This document shows, one piece after another, positions 1 to 9,938 of a DNA stretch of 64,000 nt. The DNA lies in IMG/VR virus record IMGVR_UViG_3300022907_001216; one strand, written 5' to 3'. The DNA is from an uncultured virus (IMG/VR IMGVR_UViG_3300022907_001216) (taxonomy: Duplodnaviria; Heunggongvirae; Uroviricota; Caudoviricetes). A program made the translations under genes and the position numbers. Positions within the stretch are counted from its first letter, which is position 1. Every line of letters begins with the position of its first letter. Below the pieces are notes generated by a model. The model saw only the letters and a program-made list of their open reading frames with translations, had not been told where the DNA came from and did no database searches.

Positions 1-582
1 TTTTACAGTATCAGGAAGCTCCTTAAGAAATGGTATATATTCTTTAATCATAAATGGCTCGCCTCCTAATAAAGTTAATCTTTGCAATGATTTTGCTTGA
101 CGAGTAAACTTTGCCATTGTTTCTTTTGAGTCTATCCACTTTGGATCTTTTGATGTCCAATTCGTAGGAAGAAAATTAAAATTTTTAGATAAATCATAAA
201 TGCCTGAACTACTTGTAGGTGTACAAATAATACAAGCAAGATTACACAAATTTTTTAAACTTACTTGGCTTTGTAATATGTTAGGTTGAGATATTAAAGG
301 ATTATAGCCAGGATAGTTCTCCTTTATCTGTTCTACACGTAAACTAAAATTTGTATTTCTTTCTTTTGTCATACAAATTTTACAAGCTTCAGGCCAAAGA
401 TTTTGGGTAAAAATTTTTTTTTGCTCTGCTTGCCAACGTCTCAATTTTTTTATACTTTTAAATCTATAATCAGTTGTCCAACAACAACCATAAAAAGTAC
501 CATCTACTTCTACGTTGACTTCATAATCTAGTACTGGACACCCTTGAGATACCGGAGGAATTGTATACGTTTTTTTTATCAT
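1..582 (-). CDS. Radical SAM protein with N-terminal twitch domain (type C), truncated by the window edge
   Basis: Not in the ORF track; translated by hand. ATG at 582 overlaps the TGA of the upstream gene (ATGA). Reads MIKKTYTIPPVSQGCPVLDYEVNVEVDGTFYGCCW..., then CNLACIIC (CxxxCxxC) and LLGGEPF. Confidence 0.85.
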   Translation of the reverse strand, partial: MIKKTYTIPPVSQGCPVLDYEVNVEVDGTFYGCCWTTDYRFKSIKKLRRWQAEQKKIFTQNLWPEACKICMTKERNTNFSLRVEQIKENYPGYNPLISQPNILQSQVSLKNLCNLACIICTPTSSSGIYDLSKNFNFLPTNWTSKDPKWIDSKETMAKFTRQAKSLQRLTLLGGEPFMIKEYIPFLKELPDTVK

Positions 583-1676
583 TCTACATACCTATTTTTT
601 GTCATCTTTACTGTGTTAGTATTTAAGTTTGTAGATATGTGTTTGTTTTCCCAACGCTGACGTCTACTTTTTATACATGTATTTGTACAAATAGGATTAC
701 AGTCTGTGGGCAAGTTGCCTCCATGGTTTCTATTTGTCCAGCTTGATGTCAAATCATTAGAGAAAAATTTTCCATTTACAATATCATTTATTTCATTATA
801 ATATGCGTTATTCCAATTTTTACCATAAGCATTTTCATACCTAGCTGTATGCTCTGGAAAATGTACAACTTGATAGCGTACATTGTATAAGAAACAGCAA
901 GGAAAAATTTCTCCTGTGTGGGCTACAAAATATGCTTTTTCGTCATTTGAGGTTTTACAATAGATGTCTCCATTGTGATATTTTTCATCGCTCATACTGT
1001 GGACATATCTATCCCAATTCCATTGTGACCGTTTCTTTTCTAATTCTGTTCTTTCATATAACTTATCTAGCTCTCTATTGTCCAAGCAGGTATCAGGGCG
1101 TTCTTTGAATCTTGTGAATCCAATTTGTTTAGCAAGATCTTTGGCTTCTTCAATTTGATGCTCATTCCAAGGAAAAACAACCCACTGCCATTGTGGACGG
1201 CCTCCGGCTTTGACAAACGCTTTTGCGTTTTCCATAATCTTGTCAAAGTCTGTTCCTCTACGATATATTGGGTTAGTGTCCTTTAAACCATCAACACTGA
1301 AGTTCAATGTATACCTACTGCCTTGTAGTATTGTTGCCATTTCGGCCCAGTACTCTGGTTTACGCAAACTACCGTTTGTGTGTATAACTATACTCTTATC
1401 AGTATTATACACTATGTGACGTAGCATGTCAAGAAAGTCAGGATGCATAGGCGGATCGTCAATACTACCACAAAACTGTATTTCTTCTATATCTTTGAAA
1501 AAATCAGCATCAACAATTTTTTTGAAAATATCAATGTGTAAAAAAATGTTTTTTTTAATAACAGGATTTAGTTTTAGTTCATCAAGTGGATCAGCACGAC
1601 TACACCCAATACAATTGGCATTACAATTACTACTAATTTCAAATTGTAATACTTTTGGTTTATCTAAATAGTGCAT
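579..1676 (-). CDS. Radical SAM protein with C-terminal twitch-like domain (type A)
   Basis: CNANCIGC; HTNGS; FSVDGL; C-terminal C...GEIFPCC...CTNTC. Paralog of 5409, 6428 and 18709. Confidence 0.9.
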   Translation of the reverse strand: MHYLDKPKVLQFEISSNCNANCIGCSRADPLDELKLNPVIKKNIFLHIDIFKKIVDADFFKDIEEIQFCGSIDDPPMHPDFLDMLRHIVYNTDKSIVIHTNGSLRKPEYWAEMATILQGSRYTLNFSVDGLKDTNPIYRRGTDFDKIMENAKAFVKAGGRPQWQWVVFPWNEHQIEEAKDLAKQIGFTRFKERPDTCLDNRELDKLYERTELEKKRSQWNWDRYVHSMSDEKYHNGDIYCKTSNDEKAYFVAHTGEIFPCCFLYNVRYQVVHFPEHTARYENAYGKNWNNAYYNEINDIVNGKFFSNDLTSSWTNRNHGGNLPTDCNPICTNTCIKSRRQRWENKHISTNLNTNTVKMTKNRYVE

Positions 1677-2611
1677 TTGTCAATCTCAATATCACTTCCA
1701 CAAGTACATTCTTTGTAAGCACAAATAATTGGTTCATTTAAAAGATTTACTTTTTCTGGTGATGTTTTTATATTGCCCATACTTACCTTATTGTTACAAG
1801 CATTAGCAGGAACAACATCACCGTTTGCTTTTATAACTACTAAATCTCTGCCAATATTACATGCCCATCCTTCGAAACGGTTTTTACCTGCTTGTATTAA
1901 ATCATGATTGTTTTCTTGTGTAATAGAACCGTCGTCATAATAACAGTTGATGCCTAAACTGGTTTTGTTGCGTTTTGTGCTGGGCCTATTAGCAGTGCTG
2001 CGATGTGCTTCAGCCATCCACTGTCTTTGCTCATCAGTGTAGGGCATCCAGTCTCGCTGTCCAAATTCAATTTGTAGCTTTTTTATCTGTATGGGCACCA
2101 CAGTGTTGTCTCGCAGTTTTTCGTATATACCAACACACTTGTCCCACGCATTGATATCCATTAGCATTTGAATGTTGGTTTGACAATCCTGTTGTATTGT
2201 ATTCACAACTTCGATGGTGTGATCTACATCAGCTTCTTGATGGTGATAGCTAATGCTTACTTTATCCAAGTATGGCTTGGTTCTGTTCCACCATTTGATT
2301 GTTCTACTGCCGTTGGTTAGAATGTTTACTACACTATCAGGATCAACTGACTTAATGATTTCACTGAGCTTTGTAAAGTTCTTCCACACTGTAGGCTCGC
2401 CGCCTAGTATAGTATATATTCTATGATCATGTGTGCTTTGTTCTGTGATACGCCGTACTACAGTTTCACACTGTTCAATATCAGGCCAATACAAATCGCC
2501 ACCATTGCTGTCCGGTGTACAGTATGTACATTTGAAATTACACACATTGCTGAGTATCCAGTCTACTACCAGTATGTTGTTTCTTGTTTTTATTTTGTAT
2601 AAGTTTGCCAT
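1664..2611 (-). CDS. Radical SAM protein with C-terminal Cys-rich SPASM/twitch-like domain (type B)
   Basis: CNFKCTYC; GGEPT; TNGSR; FEGWACNIG...C...CAYKECTCGSD. Confidence 0.9.
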   Translation of the reverse strand: MANLYKIKTRNNILVVDWILSNVCNFKCTYCTPDSNGGDLYWPDIEQCETVVRRITEQSTHDHRIYTILGGEPTVWKNFTKLSEIIKSVDPDSVVNILTNGSRTIKWWNRTKPYLDKVSISYHHQEADVDHTIEVVNTIQQDCQTNIQMLMDINAWDKCVGIYEKLRDNTVVPIQIKKLQIEFGQRDWMPYTDEQRQWMAEAHRSTANRPSTKRNKTSLGINCYYDDGSITQENNHDLIQAGKNRFEGWACNIGRDLVVIKANGDVVPANACNNKVSMGNIKTSPEKVNLLNEPIICAYKECTCGSDIEIDKCTI

Positions 2612-3273
2612 AATAATTCAAATCTTTTCCAATCGTCAGGATAATCAATGTCCAAACTTGCCATCCATGATGATTTGTAGAATCCTATTTTACCCGGTAG
2701 TCTATTTCCAGTTTGTACAAAATCTTTGTGCCGACTTACAAACACTGCTGAATTTATTTCGTACACAGATTCTAGTGTTTGTGTCAACGGCCAATATCCT
2801 ACAGCATTAGGATCGTAATTCAATGGCTCTCCATCTTTCCATAAAAAATTTTTAATTTCATTTGCTGTCGCTACACTATCGTATTCAGAGTCAGCGTAAA
2901 ATTCTAACAAGTCGTCAATGTCATGTTCAGTAAAGAACGGTGCTGTAGCAAAAACCATTGCTATGTTATCTGCTGGTATGTTTGTTACTTGTTGAGACAG
3001 ATGTTTTACCCACACATCTCCCGGACAAGTACCGGCATACTGTGTATCTCTTTTGTGTAAATGTACTTTTTTATCTCCAGGAAGTTTTGAAACTATATCT
3101 AAAACTTCGTTACTTTCACTACTAACAAATATTTCTGAGATGTGTTGACTTTTTTGTAATTGTTCTATTTTTATTTCGGTAATTCCATAAAGATACTTTC
3201 CCACTGGACGCAGATTCTTGCGTGGCACTCTTTCGCTGTTTCCTTTTATAGGTAGTATAGCAAGTGTGTTCAT
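2590..3273 (-). CDS. Acylneuraminate/KDO cytidylyltransferase family protein (NeuA/KdsB-like)
   Basis: ILPIKGNSERVPRKNLR nucleotide-binding motif, ATAPF, YEINSA, LDIDYPDDW. Start moved to 3273 on the basis of an ATGA overlap with the upstream stop. Confidence 0.88.
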   Translation of the reverse strand: MNTLAILPIKGNSERVPRKNLRPVGKYLYGITEIKIEQLQKSQHISEIFVSSESNEVLDIVSKLPGDKKVHLHKRDTQYAGTCPGDVWVKHLSQQVTNIPADNIAMVFATAPFFTEHDIDDLLEFYADSEYDSVATANEIKNFLWKDGEPLNYDPNAVGYWPLTQTLESVYEINSAVFVSRHKDFVQTGNRLPGKIGFYKSSWMASLDIDYPDDWKRFELLWQTYTK

Positions 3274-4397
3274 AATAATTCTTCTGCCCATGGATATGCT
3301 GCTAAAAACTCTACATTACATCTATAGTCCCAAATGTCCTTGCTGTAATGTTGTAGTAGACTGCGTTCAGTTGTACTTATTTGTCTGTGTTCATACATGG
3401 TTTTAGTCTGGAATGTTCTCCAATTAGTATTCACATCAATAAATTCTACAGCAGCAAATTGTTTGTAAAATTCTGTTCTAGCATCTAGCGGAATCAATCT
3501 AAAGTCCAAGAAACTAGGATAGTCAACTTCATTATAACTTACTCTTGCTTGGGGAAACTGATTAGCCCAAGCAAAAAACTCTGGCATGTTGTGATATGTA
3601 AGCATACTCACAGCAGGTGTAAGTCCTACCATACAACGGCTGTTGTACATTCTAACAAAATTGCGTTCAATGGTTTGCCAACGAGCAGGGTACCGCTGAT
3701 ACTCCAATGCTGCTCCTACAGCGTCAATACTACACATTAGCTCTACATGCCGAAACTTTTCTAATGTTTGTAATATGCGAGTTTTGGCACTGGTACAGTT
3801 GGTTATGAATTCTATTTCAAGATCAGTTTTGCCTCGCTCTACCAACTTGTACAAAAATTCTTCTACTTCCGGCATGATAAAAGGCTCACCGCCAGCAAAT
3901 CTCAGCGTTTGTAAGTCTGGTAAATCCAGCACTAAATCCAGCAAGCGTCCTACATCTGTGTCCACGGTGCTGGGTATGCTACGAAGCAAGTCATTGTCCA
4001 CACCATTAGCTTTTAATTCCAGTGCTAGGTTTGCTATTTGGTCACTGAAACCTCCGCTACACATTTTACACTGTAAATTACACTTGTTGCTGAGTCTTAG
4101 ATCCAAGTGTCTTATGCTTTGATCAGTGCTGCCGTACTGTTGATTAACTCTGTGGCGTTTGCTTTCTCTGCCGTTGCGTTCGTTGTGCCAGCAACTTTCA
4201 CATGCTGTGTTTTCTATGCTTGATTCTAAATCTTTGCGTACAGTGTTCAGCCATGAATTTGATTTGTACCAAGCATTCATATCGTCAACTGTGTTCCAGT
4301 CTACCCTTATGTCACGCTTTTGTATACAGCAATGTCCTACTCTGCCTGTGGTGTCTATATTAAAGCCGTTGTTGGTCAGTGTACAAAATTTATTCAT
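3270..4397 (-). CDS. Radical SAM protein with N-terminal twitch domain (type C)
   Basis: N-terminal FC...GHCC...CESC; LDLRLSNKCNLQCKMC; FAGGEPF; SID...EYQRYPARW. Confidence 0.9.
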   Translation of the reverse strand: MNKFCTLTNNGFNIDTTGRVGHCCIQKRDIRVDWNTVDDMNAWYKSNSWLNTVRKDLESSIENTACESCWHNERNGRESKRHRVNQQYGSTDQSIRHLDLRLSNKCNLQCKMCSGGFSDQIANLALELKANGVDNDLLRSIPSTVDTDVGRLLDLVLDLPDLQTLRFAGGEPFIMPEVEEFLYKLVERGKTDLEIEFITNCTSAKTRILQTLEKFRHVELMCSIDAVGAALEYQRYPARWQTIERNFVRMYNSRCMVGLTPAVSMLTYHNMPEFFAWANQFPQARVSYNEVDYPSFLDFRLIPLDARTEFYKQFAAVEFIDVNTNWRTFQTKTMYEHRQISTTERSLLQHYSKDIWDYRCNVEFLAAYPWAEELL

Positions 4398-5412
4398 AAC
4401 TGCCCTCTAGCCACAAATCGTTATTCAGTAGTTTTTGATATATTGGCTCAAGATCTACTTCTATTGAGGTTCTATCTTTTCGAAAGTTTTGTTGTTTTAC
4501 TCTACATTTATCAAACACTGTACCAATATCGTCTGTTTTATTAATTTCAACACTTGGTCTTATAATTTCTGCGTTCCAACAATTGTGATTGTTTATAAAT
4601 TCCAACTTTTTTCCAAACTTTAAAAACAATAAATTTTGAAATTTAATTTGATTGTCGCCTATTAAGTCGTATAAAGCAAGTTTATCTTTTGTAAACAAAT
4701 CAAAAAAAGTTTTTTCAACATCAGGAAACCATTGTGATATAATATTTTGTTTATGAACATACAGATAATCTGCTATCAACGGCTTACTAAATCTTACACT
4801 TAATATATGAGACATAACTTGTGTACTAATATTTTCTAAATCGTTAGCACTATAATTTATAATATCTAAACATCTTTGTAAATCACCAGACTGAAAATAA
4901 AATAAACAATCTGGTCTTGTTTGTAAAATTAAATCATATTCGCTGTCTATTAAACTATAACCTCTTGCTGCTCCCCAGTGCTGTGACATAAAATGTAATG
5001 CATGTAATCTACGTTTATAATCAAATTTTTTTGAAGATCCGCCATATAGAAGATTAGGAGCATGTGTATCAATATTTAAAATATTTTTAAAAGTTTTGTC
5101 TTTGGCATTTTCTTTTATTATATTATTAACAGTATTCAAAAATTTACTAGTTCCCTCAATAATATATTTTTTTGGCTTCCAATATTTTAAATAATTTTCA
5201 TGTATGTAATTTAAATCTTGAATTTCAACATCATATAGATTTTGTGGCCTGTTCTTTGCATCTGTAGCATCGCATATCGTTTCTGTGTTTGTGGTATGAA
5301 TAAAAACATCAAATTGGTGTTGCGGATTTTCGTCAACAACAAAGCGTTGAAATAAGTCTGATCCTAGTTTAGCACATCTAGCTTGACCTCTTAACACTAC
5401 AGCAATTTTCAT
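4390..5412 (-). CDS. Putative glycosyltransferase-like protein
   Basis: MKIAVVLRGQAR...DVFIHT...YDLILQTRPD pattern, which I recognise from uncharacterised GT-A-like proteins in phage and capsule loci. Confidence 0.5.
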   Translation of the reverse strand: MKIAVVLRGQARCAKLGSDLFQRFVVDENPQHQFDVFIHTTNTETICDATDAKNRPQNLYDVEIQDLNYIHENYLKYWKPKKYIIEGTSKFLNTVNNIIKENAKDKTFKNILNIDTHAPNLLYGGSSKKFDYKRRLHALHFMSQHWGAARGYSLIDSEYDLILQTRPDCLFYFQSGDLQRCLDIINYSANDLENISTQVMSHILSVRFSKPLIADYLYVHKQNIISQWFPDVEKTFFDLFTKDKLALYDLIGDNQIKFQNLLFLKFGKKLEFINNHNCWNAEIIRPSVEINKTDDIGTVFDKCRVKQQNFRKDRTSIEVDLEPIYQKLLNNDLWLEGSYE

Positions 5413-6431
5413 GATATCACCGTGTTATATATTGGAGCAGGTTTTTCTTTGCCGCCGCAACGATTACATATATCTATGCTTTCACGCTGCCATGCTAAAT
5501 GTAAATCATTGGCAAATTCTTGTGTTAATGTACGCAAGTTGGCATTTCTTATATGATTGTTTTTATACTTTGAATAATTAAAGTTTGTTCTTAGATCAAG
5601 TTGTCTACCACTGATATAACAGCATGGCCAAATATTGCCCCAAGGATCGATTTGTAGCATGCCTTCCTCAGCATAAGGACAAGCAAAACTTCCTACAGGT
5701 TGTACAGCATTAGTCGGAGGTGTTGCTACATGAGAACGGAATGTATCACGTCTAGCATATTTTTCACTGAATGTTTTTGTATCAGGGCCAGATAACTTTT
5801 GCTGTGGAAAATCTTTGTAGGCTTTCATGTCAACCTCTGATCGATTGCGATTGGTTTGAAAGGCCATACAACCTACAGATTCGGCAAAATTGCTAATAGC
5901 ATCTATGTCATTTTTGTTGTAATCAAATACAATACACTTCCATATACTGTTGCCGCCAGCATTGTTAAACGCACGTAGGTTGTCTATGCGTTTTTTCCAG
6001 TCAATGCCACGCCTATACACATCATGATTATGTTTAAGTCCGTCAATACCCCATTTTATATCATGTTTAGCAAACCGTTGTAATACCACAGCAAGGTCAT
6101 GCCAAAATTTTGTATTACGTGCGCCGCCGTTGGTATTCAAATTCAAATATACATCTGTTTTGACTTCAGCTAATATTTCTATCATTTCAATAAAATTTGG
6201 ATTCATACTGAAGTCACCAAAATTACCATTGAAAATAATTTCTTGAACATTTTGTAAATTGTCTTTGGTGATAAAACTACGCCAATCTTCAACACTGATA
6301 TGATTTAGTTTTAGATTAGGATGATTTTCGCCGCCGTCGATGTTTCTATCACATGCTCCGCAATAAGCATTACAATAACTTGTACAATCTATTTCTATTT
6401 TTTTAATTGTATCAAACTGATAAAGATTCAC
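5409..6431 (-). CDS. Radical SAM protein with C-terminal twitch-like domain (type A)
   Basis: CNAYCGAC; GNFGD; NTNGG; GIDGL; CPY...GNIWPCC...CNRC. Confidence 0.9.
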   Translation of the reverse strand: MNLYQFDTIKKIEIDCTSYCNAYCGACDRNIDGGENHPNLKLNHISVEDWRSFITKDNLQNVQEIIFNGNFGDFSMNPNFIEMIEILAEVKTDVYLNLNTNGGARNTKFWHDLAVVLQRFAKHDIKWGIDGLKHNHDVYRRGIDWKKRIDNLRAFNNAGGNSIWKCIVFDYNKNDIDAISNFAESVGCMAFQTNRNRSEVDMKAYKDFPQQKLSGPDTKTFSEKYARRDTFRSHVATPPTNAVQPVGSFACPYAEEGMLQIDPWGNIWPCCYISGRQLDLRTNFNYSKYKNNHIRNANLRTLTQEFANDLHLAWQRESIDICNRCGGKEKPAPIYNTVIS

Positions 6432-7507
6432 TTAAATTGTTCTCCAAAAGGATCAAATTCTTTGCCGCATTTCATTGAACAAACTTTTAGTTTTCCGTTT
6501 CCACAGCTAGGTTGATTCCAACTATCTTCAATTTCGTCAAATAGTCCTGTATCAAAAACTGCTTTGAGTCCATGTTTTTTAGCACTAATTGCGTCTTTGC
6601 CGCCAGAACGTTCAATAAAATCCCATACTTGTTCTACCATAGGATTTTTATGCCACCATTTGTACATACGTCCAGCAGTCCAACAACATGGCATAGCAAG
6701 CCCTTCTGCTGTAATAAACAAACTACCTTCCTCTTTTACTTTACAATTGACTGGAACTACATCATAGTAAGCATCCATCGATCCGTATTTTTGTATAAGC
6801 ACATCTTGTTTGCTTAATGCTTTATTTTGATACTTTTTTTCTGGCTTTTTAAGTTCTGTTGTTTTTTCGCCTTTGCGATTGACTGCTTGGTGTGATTCTT
6901 TATTTTCGCTTTTTGCTGTTACAAATCTTCCAGTCTTTTTTGCTTGAAATCTTTCAAAGCCCATTAGTTTGCTTATTTCTTCTGCTTCTTCAACTTGATG
7001 TTGATTGTGTTCAAATATTAGAAAGTCCCATCTTGCTCTACCTCCAGCAGCAATAAAACTTTTCATAGCTCTTTCTACGTTGTCCCAAACAACACCCTGC
7101 CTGTATAAGTGATTAGTATCCCTAAGACCATCCACGCTAAAAATAACAGTACCCATCCTGCCGTAGATTTTGGCCAATTCAGCCCACCATGCTTCATCTC
7201 TTGCTCCTGCGTTTGTATTCATGCTGAGCCACATATCTTTGTTGTGTTCTCTAAAATATTTAAAAATTTCTAGCGTATCTTTAGCAACAATAGGATCTCC
7301 TAAATTGCCGCACATGTACATTGTTTTTAGTTGAGCAATAAACTCTGGCTCAAAGATGCGCTTACAATCTTCTAAGGTTAGTTCACTTAAATCAATATGC
7401 GGATTTATATCTCCACCGTTTTGGTTCCTATCACACATAGGACAACTTGCTTGACAGTTCTGTGTGTTTTCTAAATGAATAACACGTACATCTTCATACT
7501 TATACAT
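6428..7507 (-). CDS. Radical SAM protein with C-terminal twitch-like domain (type A)
   Basis: CQASCPMC; CGNLGDP; FSVDGL; C...GLAMPCC...CSMKC. Confidence 0.9.
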   Translation of the reverse strand: MYKYEDVRVIHLENTQNCQASCPMCDRNQNGGDINPHIDLSELTLEDCKRIFEPEFIAQLKTMYMCGNLGDPIVAKDTLEIFKYFREHNKDMWLSMNTNAGARDEAWWAELAKIYGRMGTVIFSVDGLRDTNHLYRQGVVWDNVERAMKSFIAAGGRARWDFLIFEHNQHQVEEAEEISKLMGFERFQAKKTGRFVTAKSENKESHQAVNRKGEKTTELKKPEKKYQNKALSKQDVLIQKYGSMDAYYDVVPVNCKVKEEGSLFITAEGLAMPCCWTAGRMYKWWHKNPMVEQVWDFIERSGGKDAISAKKHGLKAVFDTGLFDEIEDSWNQPSCGNGKLKVCSMKCGKEFDPFGEQFK

Positions 7508-7724
7508 CGTATACTAACTTTACATCCTTACCGGGGCCTGCTTTACTAGGCAAATCACCATATTGATCGATATACCAATGTATTACAGCACAATACCAGT
7601 TCCAACTATTATGATGTGCTGCTTTATTAAACTGCCAAATATTATTATTAGTTGCTTCTATCGTGCTTAATGCTCTAGCACTTTCTAGTTGTAATTCTCT
7701 AGTACTTAAAGTTGACAAATCCAT
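7500..7724 (-). CDS. Small hypothetical protein (74 aa, Trp/Asn/His-rich core)
   Basis: Fills the gap between two genes exactly. Start overlaps the upstream stop (TAATG) and the end overlaps the next start. Confidence 0.75.
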   Translation of the reverse strand: MDLSTLSTRELQLESARALSTIEATNNNIWQFNKAAHHNSWNWYCAVIHWYIDQYGDLPSKAGPGKDVKLVYDV

Positions 7725-8623
7725 TACTTGCGTCCAATCAACATAAATCTTTTATATCCTGGTAGTTGTATTTCGCCTTCGTATAAAATTTCAGATAATT
7801 TAAATTTCTTTTTCATGGCATCTATACTTGTGACACAGTTAACATGTTCTTTAACATCTAATAAGTTATTGCTTTGAATAGCAACTATAGCATCTATCTT
7901 GATATTGTAAAACCAACTTTCGTCCATGTGTTCTGAACTAGTGTTTACAATTAAGTCAGGCTCAAATCTTGTGTCAATATTTCTACCGTCGCCTGTAACC
8001 AAAGGCACAACACAATGATCATTGTAGTGTACTAGATCATTAATATCACTGTTGCTTGCGACCATACGCCACCCTTCAATCTTATCCATGTTAAAAATAT
8101 GATCGCTAATATCACAAGCATCTACGTCAAGATCTATATTTCTAATGTTATCATATTCAATGCCACAAGCATCAAAATACAAAGTAGCTTGCCCCATCCA
8201 TCCAGCACAAAGCAAAATATTATCGTATTTGTTAGATATTTTCTTCAGTTCTTTTGCTAACCAAATTTTACTGCTAACTTGTCCTCTGCTAAAGGCATCT
8301 TCTAAAAACTTTTGGTTATAACCTCTGCGTCCATATTTATGAAAGTAATCGAGCAGTGGAACATCTGTAAGTCTTTTGCGCATGATACTAACAGTTTCTA
8401 CAAAGTCAATTGGGTTTTCATCCAACAATTTGAAATAAAAATTAAACCTAGGTAATTTTTCATTAGGATCGCCAGAATCTGCTAAACAAAGGTTTTTTAC
8501 ACTATTAGCTTTGTTATCACTAAAATATACACTAATAAGTTGATCTACAAATAATTTTGCTACAAAGTCGTCTTCAAAATCAAAATAATCTTGTAAACCG
8601 TATAACCAACTAGGTGGTTTCAT
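7724..8623 (-). CDS. Putative class I SAM-dependent methyltransferase with N-terminal extension
   Basis: FSRGQVSSKIWL, LCAGWMG, RNIDLD, VNTSSEHM, AIQSNN, RFMLIG. Paralog of 24949..25551. Confidence 0.6.
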   Translation of the reverse strand: MKPPSWLYGLQDYFDFEDDFVAKLFVDQLISVYFSDNKANSVKNLCLADSGDPNEKLPRFNFYFKLLDENPIDFVETVSIMRKRLTDVPLLDYFHKYGRRGYNQKFLEDAFSRGQVSSKIWLAKELKKISNKYDNILLCAGWMGQATLYFDACGIEYDNIRNIDLDVDACDISDHIFNMDKIEGWRMVASNSDINDLVHYNDHCVVPLVTGDGRNIDTRFEPDLIVNTSSEHMDESWFYNIKIDAIVAIQSNNLLDVKEHVNCVTSIDAMKKKFKLSEILYEGEIQLPGYKRFMLIGRK

Positions 8624-9932
8624 TAAATTTCTCCTCTAACCAATCAAAGTCATTGATTTTTCTAAGTGCTTCAATATCTCCAGCATGTTTTTCGCCATAT
8701 TCTTTACCAGCTTTAGCTCCTATAATAGAATAGTTGCCGTATTTACGTTCTGCGCCAACAGTAGTCCATATATTTAGACGTTCTTGTGTTTCGTCGTCTC
8801 TTTGTCTGTCAATTATTTTACTACTAAGTTTACAACATTCTCTAAAAGCACTTTTCCATGTTTCAAATTCTCCTGTATTAAATCCTGTGATAACACTTAA
8901 TTCACCTACAGCTTTAAATTTACTACTTATACTAGTTGTCATATCAGGCTTGCTTAAATCCATATCAATTGTTTTTTGAGTTGGAAATAGTTTTACACCA
9001 CCGTATCCATAGATCAAATCGTTTATAGGATTCATACTTCGCCATACGTGTACAACATCTTTATCCCATTGCGCACATTGATAGTTAAACTTAAAATCAT
9101 CAAGTACAATAGCGTCACCATCAACAATCCAAAACATTTCAGAAGAACATTGTTTAGCACCTTCAATATGTGCTTGGTGTATTCCTTTAACACCATGTAC
9201 ACGTTTTGCGTTTGGAAATCTTTTGAGTAAACGTTGATAATTTTTGTCTGCGTTTGGTTCTTTATAACTAATAAAAACTATATCATAAGGTTTGGGTGTA
9301 CTAATAGGTATATCGACTTCTTTTTTATGGGATATAAATTTATATTCAAATTCTTTTTTACTAAAACGAGAATGTTTACTACACAACACAATACCATCGT
9401 GATATTTGCCATTTAAATACACATGATTAATATTTCTATCATAAGCATTATGATGACTAAAATAGGTATCAAACTTAAATCTATCAGTTGGATTTACATA
9501 ATCAGGTATTATCCAGAACATATCTGTATTAGTGTTTTCTAAAGCAAATATATAATCATCGTATGTTTTGACATTATATTTTTTATACGGCAATGGTGTA
9601 CTGGCTACTACTTCAACTTTTTTATGAGCAACAAAAAACCTATGAGATAATTCTTTTGGATTTACATTTATAGATTTTGGTATTAAGGCAATACCATCAT
9701 AATAAGTACTATTTAGAAATACATGTACAATGTCTTGACTCCATTCATCAGGAACATAATCAAAATTAAAATTGTCACTTATGTCTAAGTCATCATGAAC
9801 TACCCAAAAGAATTTTGTAAACGCAATTTTTTTTGCTTCGTTTACGTCTTTTGCTTTTTTTACGATTAAAAACTTGTTTTTAAGTTTGTTGTATTGCTCA
9901 ATATTGTCGCCAACAAAAATGATATCGTACAT
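8610..9932 (-). CDS. Putative GT-A glycosyltransferase-like protein with internally repeated domains
   Basis: C-terminal YDIVFISYKEPNA...AKRVHGVKG...FWIVDGD (DxD)...YGYGGVK. Two degenerate N-terminal copies. Paralog of 39796..40728. Start placed at 9932, just downstream of the sigma70 promoter. Confidence 0.6.
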   Translation of the reverse strand: MYDIIFVGDNIEQYNKLKNKFLIVKKAKDVNEAKKIAFTKFFWVVHDDLDISDNFNFDYVPDEWSQDIVHVFLNSTYYDGIALIPKSINVNPKELSHRFFVAHKKVEVVASTPLPYKKYNVKTYDDYIFALENTNTDMFWIIPDYVNPTDRFKFDTYFSHHNAYDRNINHVYLNGKYHDGIVLCSKHSRFSKKEFEYKFISHKKEVDIPISTPKPYDIVFISYKEPNADKNYQRLLKRFPNAKRVHGVKGIHQAHIEGAKQCSSEMFWIVDGDAIVLDDFKFNYQCAQWDKDVVHVWRSMNPINDLIYGYGGVKLFPTQKTIDMDLSKPDMTTSISSKFKAVGELSVITGFNTGEFETWKSAFRECCKLSSKIIDRQRDDETQERLNIWTTVGAERKYGNYSIIGAKAGKEYGEKHAGDIEALRKINDFDWLEEKFNETT

Positions 9933-9938
9933 GTTACT

